Shown here piece after piece: positions 46,511-55,520 of a stretch of DNA of 64,000 nt (within the stretch, counting starts at the first letter, position 1; every line of letters begins with the position of its first letter). The notes beneath the pieces were generated by a model, which had not been told where the DNA came from, did no database searches, and saw only the letters and a list, made by a program, of their open reading frames with translations. The DNA lies in NCBI GenBank assembly GCA_903860135.1, contig CAIOPG010000007.1, positions 2,100 to 66,099 of the forward strand, given 5' to 3'. The stretch is from Candidatus Omnitrophota bacterium. GTDB lineage: Bacteria > Omnitrophota > Gorgyraeia > Zapsychrales > Fredricksoniimonadaceae. A program made the translations under genes and the position numbers.

Positions 46511-47677
46511 ATGCCCAAGACTTCTTCTGTATTGGCGTATGGTCGGCAGTCGATTGATGGAAAGGATATCGCGGCTGTTACGCGTGTCCTTAAGAGCCCT
46601 TTTCTCACCCAAGGCCCTGCGGTTGAGGCCTTCGAGCGTGACCTGTGCGCTTATACCGGGGCAACGTTTTGTGTTGTTGTGGCCAACGGGACAGCGGCAC
46701 TCCATTTGGCCGTGGCGGCGCTTGGTTTGAAGCCAGGGGTTTCAGGTGTGACGTCGCCGGTGACTTTCCTGGCGTCGGCCAATGCCCTGGTTTATAACGG
46801 GGTTTATCCGGTATTTGCGGATGTTGACCCGCAAACGGCTAATATATCTGTTGAGGCACTTGAGAGCAGCCTGCGCCGGGATACTAAGGTCATTATTCCG
46901 GTTCATTTTGCCGGACGCCCGGCGCCGATGAAGGAAATAGCTGCACTGGCCCGGAGGAAAAAGTGCCATGTGATCGAGGATGCGGCCCATGCCATTGGCA
47001 GTCGTTACGCTGACGGCGGGCGTGTGGGCAATGGCGCGTTTTCCGACATGACGATCTTTTCCTTTCATCCGGTCAAAACGATCACGACGGGTGAAGGCGG
47101 TGCGATCATGACCAATGATAAAATGCTCTACGAGCGTTTACGCCGGCTTCGTGCGCATGGCATGACGCGCGATCCTGCCTTGATCAAAAAGAGCCCGGGG
47201 CCATGGTATTACGAGATGCAGGAATTGGGATTTAATTATCGCCTGACAGATATCCAGGCCGCGCTGGGGTCTTCCCAGCTCAAGAAGATCGGTCATTTTA
47301 TCGCCCGGCGGACGCAGATCGTGGCTGCCTACAACAAAGCATTCGCTCATTTATCCTGCCTGCGAACTGTTGCAACAGATGACACGTTATCTGCCTTTCA
47401 TCTTTATGTGGTGCGCCTTGATTTTGCCAGGATCGGCCTGACACGCCGGGAATTTATGGAGAAATTGTCTGCCCTGGGTGTGGGCACGCAAGTGCATTAT
47501 ATCCCGGTCTATCGGCATCCGTATTATCAGAAGAATTTCAAAGTTGCGTTCTCCGGTTTTCCTGAGGCAGAGAGATATTATGAAGAATGTTTATCCTTGC
47601 CTCTTTTCCCGGCCATGACGGACAGGGATGTCAGGAAAGTTGTTATGTCAGTCGGTTCTTTGTTGCCCAAAAGTTAA
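46511..47677 (+). CDS. DegT/DnrJ/EryC1-family pyridoxal-phosphate aminotransferase (PseC/LegC-like UDP-4-keto-sugar aminotransferase)
   Basis: N-terminal LAYGRQSIDGKDIAAV...FLTQGPAVEAFE and the conserved SFHPVK pyridoxal-Lys region. Confidence 0.85.
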   Translation: MPKTSSVLAYGRQSIDGKDIAAVTRVLKSPFLTQGPAVEAFERDLCAYTGATFCVVVANGTAALHLAVAALGLKPGVSGVTSPVTFLASANALVYNGVYPVFADVDPQTANISVEALESSLRRDTKVIIPVHFAGRPAPMKEIAALARRKKCHVIEDAAHAIGSRYADGGRVGNGAFSDMTIFSFHPVKTITTGEGGAIMTNDKMLYERLRRLRAHGMTRDPALIKKSPGPWYYEMQELGFNYRLTDIQAALGSSQLKKIGHFIARRTQIVAAYNKAFAHLSCLRTVATDDTLSAFHLYVVRLDFARIGLTRREFMEKLSALGVGTQVHYIPVYRHPYYQKNFKVAFSGFPEAERYYEECLSLPLFPAMTDRDVRKVVMSVGSLLPKS

Positions 47678-47689
47678 TCAGGAAATTTT

Positions 47690-49006
47690 ATGAAGAATAT
47701 TAATTCTCAGGCTTTGCAGAAGAAGGCTAAACAATATATCCCCGGAATGTCTCAATTGTTATCCAAGCGTCCGGATATGTTTTCACTGGGGGTCTGGCCG
47801 GCGTATTACAGCCGGGCCGAAGGTGCCAAGGTCTGGGATGTCGATGGGAATGAATATATTGATATGAGTATCGGCGGTATTGGCGCCAATGTTCTGGGGT
47901 ATGCCGATCCGGATGTCAATGCCGCTGTGATTGAGGCTGTCAGGAATGGGTCAAGTTCTTCCCTGAACTGTCCGGAAGAAGTGGCGCTCGCTGAAGCGTT
48001 GTGCGCGTTGCACCCCTGGGCAGAGATGGCGCGTTTTGCGCGCAGTGGCGGAGAGGCCATGGCGGTTGCGGTGCGGATCGCCCGGGCGCATACCCAGAGG
48101 GATATTGTTGTTATTTGCGGTTATCATGGGTGGCATGATTGGTATCTGGCCGCCAATGTCGGCACCGAGAACGCTTTGGGCGAACATCTTATCCCTGGCC
48201 TTAGCCCGGCGGGAGTACCCCGTGCGCTCAAAGGGACAACGCTGGTTTTTCGTTATAATGACCTCTCCAGCCTGGAGAAAGTTGTCGCAGGGAACAAACA
48301 CAAGATCGCGGCCATTGTCATGGAACCGGTGCGAAGCGTACAGCCGATGCCGGGCTTCCTTGAGGGTGTCAGGCGGTTGGCGGATGAGGAAGGCGCGGTT
48401 TTTATTGTCGACGAGATATCATCGGGCTTTCGCATGAACTGCGGCGGTGCGCATCTGGTTTACGGGATCAAGCCGGATATTGCTGTGTTTTCAAAAGCAT
48501 TGGGCAATGGTTATCCGGTAGCCGCGGTCATCGGGTGTGCGGCGGTGATGGCGTCGGCGCAAAAAAGTTTTATCAGCAGCACGATGTGGACGGAGCGTAT
48601 CGGTCCGGTGGCGGCCCTGGCGACGATCAAGAAATTCAGGGCTCTTGGAGCGCATGAACATCTCATGGCGATGGGGCGTTTGGTCCAGGAAGGCTGGTCA
48701 GCGGCTGGTCAGCGGCAGGGCTTGGCTGTCAAGCCGTCGGGGATATACCCGCTCAGTCATTTTGTTTTTGAAGATGAGGACCATTTGGTCATGAAAGCAT
48801 TTTTTATTCAGGAAATGCTGGCGCAAGGCTTCCTGGCGTCGAACCTTTTTTATTCCATGCTGGCGCACACACGCGAGCATGTTGTTGCCTATCTTGCATC
48901 TGTGGAAGATGTATTTGGCCGCATCAAACAGTTAAAAGATAAGGGCGGGTTGCGTGCTGCGCTCAAAGGGGAACCATCAGCGTCGGGATTCAAACGGATC
49001 ACATGA
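47690..49006 (+). CDS. Class III pyridoxal-phosphate aminotransferase (glutamate-1-semialdehyde aminomutase-like)
   Basis: GYHGWHDW and DEISSGFR...FSKALGNG (PLP-binding Lys) motifs. Confidence 0.8.
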   Translation: MKNINSQALQKKAKQYIPGMSQLLSKRPDMFSLGVWPAYYSRAEGAKVWDVDGNEYIDMSIGGIGANVLGYADPDVNAAVIEAVRNGSSSSLNCPEEVALAEALCALHPWAEMARFARSGGEAMAVAVRIARAHTQRDIVVICGYHGWHDWYLAANVGTENALGEHLIPGLSPAGVPRALKGTTLVFRYNDLSSLEKVVAGNKHKIAAIVMEPVRSVQPMPGFLEGVRRLADEEGAVFIVDEISSGFRMNCGGAHLVYGIKPDIAVFSKALGNGYPVAAVIGCAAVMASAQKSFISSTMWTERIGPVAALATIKKFRALGAHEHLMAMGRLVQEGWSAAGQRQGLAVKPSGIYPLSHFVFEDEDHLVMKAFFIQEMLAQGFLASNLFYSMLAHTREHVVAYLASVEDVFGRIKQLKDKGGLRAALKGEPSASGFKRIT

Positions 49007-49890
49007 ACCACCACCGGCTTGTCCTGGGGACTGTCCAGCTGGGCATGCCCTACGGCATTAACAATATGTCAGGGAAGCCTGATTTTGACAGCGCGGTGAA
49101 TATCGTGAGGGCGGCTTTCGATCGTGGCATCGCGCGTTTTGATACGGCGCAGGCGTATGGAGACAGTGAAGAGGTTTTAGGGCGTATTTTTGACAAACTG
49201 GGCATCGGGGCGCAGGTCAAAGTTTACAGCAAGTTGCACCCGGGGCTTGACGGGTGCGATGAAGAGGCGGTATTAAGGTCGGTCGATGCTTCTTTGAAAA
49301 GGCTTAAGGTGGACTGCCTTGAGGGGTTGTTGTTGCATCATGAAGATATGGTGCAGGCCTGGGATAAGGGGTTGAAGCGTGCATTTAGGGCTTTGGTCAT
49401 TCAAGGTAAGGTGAAGGCGGCAGGGGCTTCTTTTTATACGCCAGGGAAGTGTTTTGAGGCCATGGATATGGAGGGGCTAGACCTCTTCCAGGTTCCGTCA
49501 AATATTTTTGATCACAGGTTTGAGGGGGCGGGTCTGTTTGAGAAAGCGCGGGAACGTGGTAAAGCTGTTTTTGTGCGGAGCGTCTTTCTTCAAGGCCTTT
49601 TGTTGATGCCGCTGGATCGTGTGCCGTCGTCGTTGCAACATGCTTTGCCTTATCTCAAGCGATTGGAACAGGCGGCGCTGGATATGCGGTTGAGCCGTCA
49701 GGCCTTGTCATTGCGATATGCGGCACAACGATGGCCGTCTGCGTATGTTTTATTCGGCGCGGAGAGCCCGGCTCAGGTGATCGCCAATGCCGAGGCCTTT
49801 TCCGTGAAGGCAGGGTTGAGGATGGATGAGGGCTTATTTAAGGATGTGCCGGAGAATATTTTAAACCCGGTGCTTTGGTCAAAAACATGA
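49003..49890 (+). CDS. Aldo/keto reductase
   Basis: LGTVQLG...FDTAQAYGDSEEVLG AKR N-terminal signature. Confidence 0.85.
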   Translation: MNHHRLVLGTVQLGMPYGINNMSGKPDFDSAVNIVRAAFDRGIARFDTAQAYGDSEEVLGRIFDKLGIGAQVKVYSKLHPGLDGCDEEAVLRSVDASLKRLKVDCLEGLLLHHEDMVQAWDKGLKRAFRALVIQGKVKAAGASFYTPGKCFEAMDMEGLDLFQVPSNIFDHRFEGAGLFEKARERGKAVFVRSVFLQGLLLMPLDRVPSSLQHALPYLKRLEQAALDMRLSRQALSLRYAAQRWPSAYVLFGAESPAQVIANAEAFSVKAGLRMDEGLFKDVPENILNPVLWSKT

Positions 49891-50651
49891 AGAAAGCTTC
49901 TGTGATCATCCAGGCGCGCATGGGGTCATCGCGCCTCCCGAATAAAGTGCTTATGCCGTTGGCCGGCAAGCCCGTGCTTGAGCATGTGATACGCCGTTGT
50001 CAGCAAGCCAGGCTGGTGGGCCGGGTCATTGTCGCGACGACCGTTGAAGCCAAGGATTTGCCTGTTGTTAATTTTGTGAGCGGTTTGGGCGTTAGTGTTT
50101 TTTGCGGCGCGGTTAATGATGTTCTCGACCGTTATTATCAGGCGGCAAGGCTTTTTGATTTGCAGCACATTGTCCGTATTACGGCGGATTGCCCCATGCT
50201 TGATCCAGAAGTGATCGACCGGGTGATCGTGGCATATTTTCAGGAGAAGGCCGACTACACCAGCAATACACTTGAGCCAGCCACGTATCCGGATGGTGAA
50301 GATGTTGAAGTTTTTTCTTTTGAGGCCCTGTCCCGCGCCTGGACAGAGGCTGTTCTTTTATCCGAGCGAGAGCATGTTACACCGTATATTAGAAAAAATG
50401 ATTCTTTCAGCAAGACCCGCGTGTTTCATGAAAAAGATATCAGTCATTTGCGTTGGACGCTCGATGAGACCCGGGATTATGAGAAACTGTCGGCTATCTT
50501 TGATGGGTTATACGTTGAGGATAATTTCTTTCACATGAAAGACGCGTTGAGGTTTCTGGCTGCTCATGCTGATATCGACGCGGTTAACGCTGCTATCGGG
50601 CGCAATGAGGGGTATCAGAAATCTTTGGCGAATGACGGGAAGGCTGTTTGA
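49887..50651 (+). CDS. SpsF/FlmC-type cytidylyltransferase (CMP-nonulosonic acid synthetase-like, CTP_transf_3)
   Basis: KASVIIQARMGSSRLPNKVLMPLAGKPVLEHVIRR is the hallmark SpsF N-terminus; ATGA overlap with the AKR gene. Confidence 0.75.
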   Translation: MKKASVIIQARMGSSRLPNKVLMPLAGKPVLEHVIRRCQQARLVGRVIVATTVEAKDLPVVNFVSGLGVSVFCGAVNDVLDRYYQAARLFDLQHIVRITADCPMLDPEVIDRVIVAYFQEKADYTSNTLEPATYPDGEDVEVFSFEALSRAWTEAVLLSEREHVTPYIRKNDSFSKTRVFHEKDISHLRWTLDETRDYEKLSAIFDGLYVEDNFFHMKDALRFLAAHADIDAVNAAIGRNEGYQKSLANDGKAV

Positions 50652-50652
50652 T

Positions 50653-51423
50653 ATGCCCAGGATCGGGCTTAAGTTATGGTCGACAAATTTAAACTATATT
50701 CCGCCTGCTCAAATTCTTTTTGCCAGGGAAGTTTTCGATTATATTGAACTTTTTGTGGTGCCCGGTTCTCTGGGAACCCTGACTCGCTGGCAGGCGCTGG
50801 ATATCCCGTACGTATTGCATGCTCCCCACAGTACGGCGGGGCTGAATCCGGCAGATTCCTCGCGACGGCAAGAACATATTGGGCTGGTAGGTGAGGTTAA
50901 TGCGTATGCCCTGAGCTTATCGCCGGAAAAGATTATTTTCCATCCGGGTATCAATGGCGACTGGCAGGAATCAATTTCTCAATTTAAGGTGTGGCGCAAG
51001 GAGTTTCCCTGTATGTTTGATGCTGTTGTGATCGAGAATAAACCAAGGATCGGACTGAAGGGTGAGCACTGCCTCGGGGCTTCGGTGACAGAGATGAGCG
51101 AGATCCTTAAGGCGGCAGGTTGCGGGTTTTGCCTGGACTTCGGGCATGCGATCTGTACGGCTGTGGCTGACGGCCTTGATTGGAAAGCAGTGGTGCGGGA
51201 TTTCATGACCTTAAAGCCGGTCATGTATCATTTGTGTGACGGGCCATTGTCAAGTAAGGATGCGCATGAGCATTTTGGCCGCGGCGCTTTCGATCTTGAT
51301 TTCCTTGTTAGCTGCATCGAGCCAGGACGGATGGTGACACTCGAAACAAAGAAAGATTTTGATGTTTCACTGGATGATTTTGCCGAGGATGTGGAGGCCT
51401 TCAAGCGTTATGCCAGTCATTAA
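50653..51423 (+). CDS. Xylose-isomerase-like TIM-barrel protein (sugar phosphate isomerase/epimerase family)
   Basis: Alternating beta/alpha pattern with conserved E/H/D metal-site positions (HAPH...E...DFGH...H); weak. Confidence 0.4.
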   Translation: MPRIGLKLWSTNLNYIPPAQILFAREVFDYIELFVVPGSLGTLTRWQALDIPYVLHAPHSTAGLNPADSSRRQEHIGLVGEVNAYALSLSPEKIIFHPGINGDWQESISQFKVWRKEFPCMFDAVVIENKPRIGLKGEHCLGASVTEMSEILKAAGCGFCLDFGHAICTAVADGLDWKAVVRDFMTLKPVMYHLCDGPLSSKDAHEHFGRGAFDLDFLVSCIEPGRMVTLETKKDFDVSLDDFAEDVEAFKRYASH

Positions 51424-52951
51424 TATTGCCGGACGCCTTATCGGCGAAGGGCAGCCATGTTATATCATCGCAGAAATGTCGGCCAATCACGGCGGAAGCT
51501 TGGATAAGGCGATGCAAATCGTGCGGGCGGCCAAAGCGGCGGGGGCCGATGCGATCAAGCTGCAGACATATACACCTGATACCATGACGTTGAATTGCGA
51601 CAGTGATTGTTTTCGTATTCACGAAGGCTCTCTTTGGGAAGGAAAAACACTTTATCAGCTTTATGCCGAGGCCATGACGCCATGGGAATGGCACAGGCCG
51701 TTAAAAGAAGAGGCAGAAAAGATCGGGCTGCATTTCTTTTCCACACCCTTTGATGAAACGTCTGTCAATTTTCTTGAAGAGCTCGGAGTACCTGCCTATA
51801 AAATTGCGTCTTTTGAGTTGACCGACGACCTTTTGTTGCGCAGGGTGGCAAGGACGGGGAAGCCTGTTATTATGTCAACGGGCATGTCGACCATGGAAGA
51901 GATCGCCAGGGCTTTGAGCGTTCTCAGGTCATCGGGAGCGCGTGAGATCGCTCTTTTAAAATGTGTCAGTGCTTATCCGGCCCCTTTGCATGAAATGAAT
52001 TTATCGGCGATCACGAGATTGCGGGAGAGTTTCGGCGTTGTTGTCGGGCTTTCAGACCACACGCTGGGAGATGTTTCTTCCCTTGTTTCTGTTGGCCTCG
52101 GAGCTGCTGTCTTCGAGAAACACTTGCGGCTAGATGACGGTGAGAGTACGCCTGACGCTGTCTTTTCAATGACCCCTTTGCAGCTGGAGCAGCTGGTGGT
52201 TAAGATGCGGGACGCTGAGGCGGCCATGGGCGTAGGTTTTATTGGCAGGACCGATAATGAAAGAGCTAATCTGCGGTTCCGTCGCTCGATCTTTGTGAGT
52301 TGTAACATCAAGCAGGGGGCTGTCTTCTCCAGGGAGAACATTCAGCTTGTTCGTCCCGGCTTTGGGCTTCCTTCGTATTGTTGGGATAAAATAATAGGAC
52401 AAAAAGCCGCGCATGATCTCTCTCAGGGACAGCCATTAGGCCGGCAGGATGTGGTATTCCCATCGGAGACAGTGCGACCTGAATTCCAGGTCCGTATGGT
52501 TCGGCCGGAGGATGCGCGCGTGCTTTGGGAGTGGAGGAATTTGCGTGATGTGCGGGAAGTCTCTATCGGCCAGGAGGAGATTTCCTGGGAGCAGCATGTG
52601 CATTGGTTGGATGAAAAGCTTAAAGACCCGCAAACTATCTTTTATATGATCGAGGTCGCAGGACAAGTGGCGGGACAGGTTCGTTTTGCGATTAAAGATT
52701 TTACGGCACAGGTCAGTATTGTATTGGCGCCATCATATCGCGCTTGCGGGCTTGGCAGTGCGGCATTGCAACAGCTGTCGCAAGCGTTGTTTTTGAATAA
52801 GTGGGCGGATGTTGTTGAGGCCCTGATCCGGCAGGAGAATACGGCTTCTTTATCTGCTTTTGTAAAAGCGGGGTTTATTTTTGAAACAGCAATAACGGTA
52901 TCAGGTGTGGATTGTTTTTTGTATAAAATGAAGAAAACAAGTTCTTCATGA
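51410..52951 (+). CDS. Fusion protein: PseI/NeuB-family nonulosonic acid synthase (N-terminal about 350 aa, with SAF domain) fused to a C-terminal GNAT N-acetyltransferase (PseH-like)
   Basis: CYIIAEMSANHGGSLDKAMQIVRAAKAAGADAIKLQTYTPDT (PseI-type QTY); C-terminal about 150 aa with GNAT motif A region QVAGQVRF...RACGLGSAAL; overlaps the upstream gene end. Confidence 0.8.
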   Translation: MPVINIAGRLIGEGQPCYIIAEMSANHGGSLDKAMQIVRAAKAAGADAIKLQTYTPDTMTLNCDSDCFRIHEGSLWEGKTLYQLYAEAMTPWEWHRPLKEEAEKIGLHFFSTPFDETSVNFLEELGVPAYKIASFELTDDLLLRRVARTGKPVIMSTGMSTMEEIARALSVLRSSGAREIALLKCVSAYPAPLHEMNLSAITRLRESFGVVVGLSDHTLGDVSSLVSVGLGAAVFEKHLRLDDGESTPDAVFSMTPLQLEQLVVKMRDAEAAMGVGFIGRTDNERANLRFRRSIFVSCNIKQGAVFSRENIQLVRPGFGLPSYCWDKIIGQKAAHDLSQGQPLGRQDVVFPSETVRPEFQVRMVRPEDARVLWEWRNLRDVREVSIGQEEISWEQHVHWLDEKLKDPQTIFYMIEVAGQVAGQVRFAIKDFTAQVSIVLAPSYRACGLGSAALQQLSQALFLNKWADVVEALIRQENTASLSAFVKAGFIFETAITVSGVDCFLYKMKKTSSS

Positions 52952-54780
52952 AGCATAAAACTATTCTTGTCCCAGAAATTCATCTCTTTAACTGGATCAT
53001 CTTTTATTGTTTATCCCATGCGATGCGTGTGGTGACTTGCCGTGTTTCTCCGGTGTTGAAACCGTTGCCTTTGGGGCGGATTGAGTTTGTAGACTGGGAA
53101 AAGTATGTGGGGTGGGAAGAAAAAAATATTCTCTTTGATCGTGCCGTTGATCTGCTGGCACAGCTGGGGCTTTACGAGGAAAAACCGGATAGCGCGATGA
53201 TCCTTGGGCGAAAGGTTGATTTGAAGGCGATGCTGCTGCAGCGCCGGAGCCAGGCTTTGACTGTGATCGTTTTTGGTGATGCGGGCCGCTCTGCGGGCTT
53301 GGTATTTATTGATGATGCCTTGACAGCGATGATCCGGCGTCAGTTGTACGGGTGCTGTCGGGTTGGGTTTTGGGCAACATTGAACATTGCACTTCAGTAT
53401 ATTAATTTCTTGGTTGAGAATATTTTGTTTTTTGGCAGAGGGGCAATCTGTTTATGGCGTGGTGTGATGTGTCTGGATCGGCGCTCTTTGAAGGTTGCAT
53501 ATGTTTATGATGGCGTTTCTCCACGGGAGCTTTCTGCGGATTCGAAAGATATAAGTTTTTCCTGGATTATTGATGGCGAGAAGATCAGGCGTGAGGATGT
53601 CTTTTTTATTTTACCTCGACCGGATTTTCAGATGCGTGGTCAGGCGTATGTTCCGTGTTCAGAAGATGGGTTTCGGGCGGCGTATCATGCCGAGACTTTT
53701 CATTATTTTTCAACCGAGGCTTTGTGGGCGGGTTTTCAGATGTTGGGGGGTGTCTTCCTGCGTGCCTGCTTTTCCTTGCGTCTCATGGATATTATCAGAG
53801 TTCGCGTCATGTTGGAGATGGTGCCGGGTATTGTCCTTTGCCGTTCCTTGCGGCCCAAAGTGTATATCATGACGTCGAGTGTCTGCGGGGGGGAGCCGGC
53901 GCACATCCCTTACTTGAATGCCGAGGGTGTCAGGACCGTCATATGGTCTTATGGGACGAATAGTTATTTGTTTCAGAAGAACGGGGGGGAAGAATGCCGT
54001 TTCCGTTTGACTGTCTTTGCGTATATTGCCTCTAATTTCTTTATTGTATGGAATGAGCATTATGCGCAATATGTGCGTGAGCATCCGCAGTTGTCGGTTG
54101 ATATTCGTGTTATCGGGCCATTAATGAGTGGCGATGAGTCGATTGTTCAGATGGGGCGGGAAGCGGTGTTTACGTCTGCTGGGATTTCTTATGATCCGCG
54201 GAAGAAATATATCGGGGTGTTTGATTGTCCGTTGCCTGTGGCACAATTTCGACGCCGGGGATCATGGTTTCCTGAAGCGGTGGATGATGAGTATAATCAT
54301 GCCTTGCTTGCTGATGTGTATAAGATCGTTAAAGATTCTGAAAATCTGGTGCTTGTCTATAAGCCCAAGCGCAGTTTGGCCAGCGGCAAGTTCTCGTATG
54401 CAAAAGAGATGCTTGAGATATTCGAGCAAATGAGGAATGATCCGAGTGTGATCATGCTGGATTATAATATCAACCCCTGGGTGCCGGTGGCCTTGGTTGA
54501 TGTGGCGATCAGCGCCCCGTTTGAGTCGCCGAATATCGCCGTTATGCATTATGGCAAGGAAAGTTTTTTTTATGATCCTTTTGGCATCGTCAACATTCAC
54601 AGGTATAATGATTCTTTAACGCTTATTTTAAAGGGTCGTAATGAGTTAAGAGAACGGATTCAAGCGTTGTTTGCTGATCAGGGCAAACAGGATATGCATC
54701 CAGCGTATGCATTACTGCAAGGGAGAAATCCGTGCTTGAATTCTTCAGGGATCTTCAGAGAATTCCTGCAGTCGTTATAA
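52948..54780 (+). CDS. Large hypothetical protein (610 aa), candidate glycosyltransferase of unknown family
   Basis: No recognizable motifs beyond a REHPQ segment; N-terminal hydrophobic segment; position between nonulosonic-acid genes. Confidence 0.3.
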   Translation: MKHKTILVPEIHLFNWIIFYCLSHAMRVVTCRVSPVLKPLPLGRIEFVDWEKYVGWEEKNILFDRAVDLLAQLGLYEEKPDSAMILGRKVDLKAMLLQRRSQALTVIVFGDAGRSAGLVFIDDALTAMIRRQLYGCCRVGFWATLNIALQYINFLVENILFFGRGAICLWRGVMCLDRRSLKVAYVYDGVSPRELSADSKDISFSWIIDGEKIRREDVFFILPRPDFQMRGQAYVPCSEDGFRAAYHAETFHYFSTEALWAGFQMLGGVFLRACFSLRLMDIIRVRVMLEMVPGIVLCRSLRPKVYIMTSSVCGGEPAHIPYLNAEGVRTVIWSYGTNSYLFQKNGGEECRFRLTVFAYIASNFFIVWNEHYAQYVREHPQLSVDIRVIGPLMSGDESIVQMGREAVFTSAGISYDPRKKYIGVFDCPLPVAQFRRRGSWFPEAVDDEYNHALLADVYKIVKDSENLVLVYKPKRSLASGKFSYAKEMLEIFEQMRNDPSVIMLDYNINPWVPVALVDVAISAPFESPNIAVMHYGKESFFYDPFGIVNIHRYNDSLTLILKGRNELRERIQALFADQGKQDMHPAYALLQGRNPCLNSSGIFREFLQSL

Positions 54781-54796
54781 TCGGGAGGGATGGCGT

Positions 54797-55507
54797 ATGC
54801 ATGTTGGTGACGGAATTAATAAAGGACGTGCTAATTGGGACTTTGGCGGAGATGTCGCGGATAATTTTGTGCCGCATGTGCGCAAGTCAGTGCCTTTATA
54901 TGATGAAGGGCATGAGCTTATTTGTCAGTTGAGTGATTTCTTCTGTCAAAAGGACAGTGTGTGTTATGAACTCGGTGCGTCCACCGGGCAGTTGATCGGA
55001 AAACTGGCACAGCATAACGCCCAAAAGCCGCAGATCCGCTGGATAGGTCTTGATCTTGAGGCCAATATGATCGATAAGGCCAGAGTCTACTGCAAGGATA
55101 TCCCGAATGTCGAGTTTATGGTGGATGATATTCTTACCTGTGACATGGAGAAGGCTGATTTTATTGTGGCGTATTATTGCGTGCAGTTTATTTCTGAACG
55201 GCACCGTCAGGAGCTTTTTAACAAGATATATGAACGTCTTAATTGGGGGGGGGCTTTTGTGTTATTCGAGAAGGTGAGGGCTCCGGACGCGCGGTTTCAG
55301 GATATGATGACAGGGCTTTACACCGATTTCAAAATACGCAATGGCTTTTCGCCCGAAGAGATTCTCGGGAAGGCGCAAAGTTTAAAAGGTGTTCTCGATC
55401 CGTTTTCAACAGACGGGAATCTGGGGCTTCTAAAGCGTGCGGGCTTTGTGGATGTGATGACGGTGATGAAGTATGTATGCTTTGAAGGTTTCTTGGCTAT
55501 AAAATAA
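54797..55507 (+). CDS. CmoA-family protein (carboxy-S-adenosyl-L-methionine synthase-like class I SAM enzyme)
   Basis: End-to-end collinear similarity to E. coli CmoA recalled from memory: W.F...VA..F.....KSVP.Y, YELGASTGQ, NKIYERLNWGGAFVLFEK, C-terminal KYVCFEGFLAIK vs FQCFNFGSLVALK. Confidence 0.8.
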   Translation: MHVGDGINKGRANWDFGGDVADNFVPHVRKSVPLYDEGHELICQLSDFFCQKDSVCYELGASTGQLIGKLAQHNAQKPQIRWIGLDLEANMIDKARVYCKDIPNVEFMVDDILTCDMEKADFIVAYYCVQFISERHRQELFNKIYERLNWGGAFVLFEKVRAPDARFQDMMTGLYTDFKIRNGFSPEEILGKAQSLKGVLDPFSTDGNLGLLKRAGFVDVMTVMKYVCFEGFLAIK

Positions 55508-55520
55508 CAAAGGGCTGGGC

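Noticed and set aside
45526-46608. 360-aa minus-strand ORF overlapping the pseB/legB-like and pseC-like genes
   Set aside because: Antisense to two strongly supported genes. No domain signature, and biased composition typical of shadow ORFs.
54732-54932. 66-aa + strand ORF bridging the unknown-protein and CmoA-like genes
   Set aside because: It overlaps the end of ORF 52948 and the start of the CmoA-like gene in another frame. No support as an independent gene.
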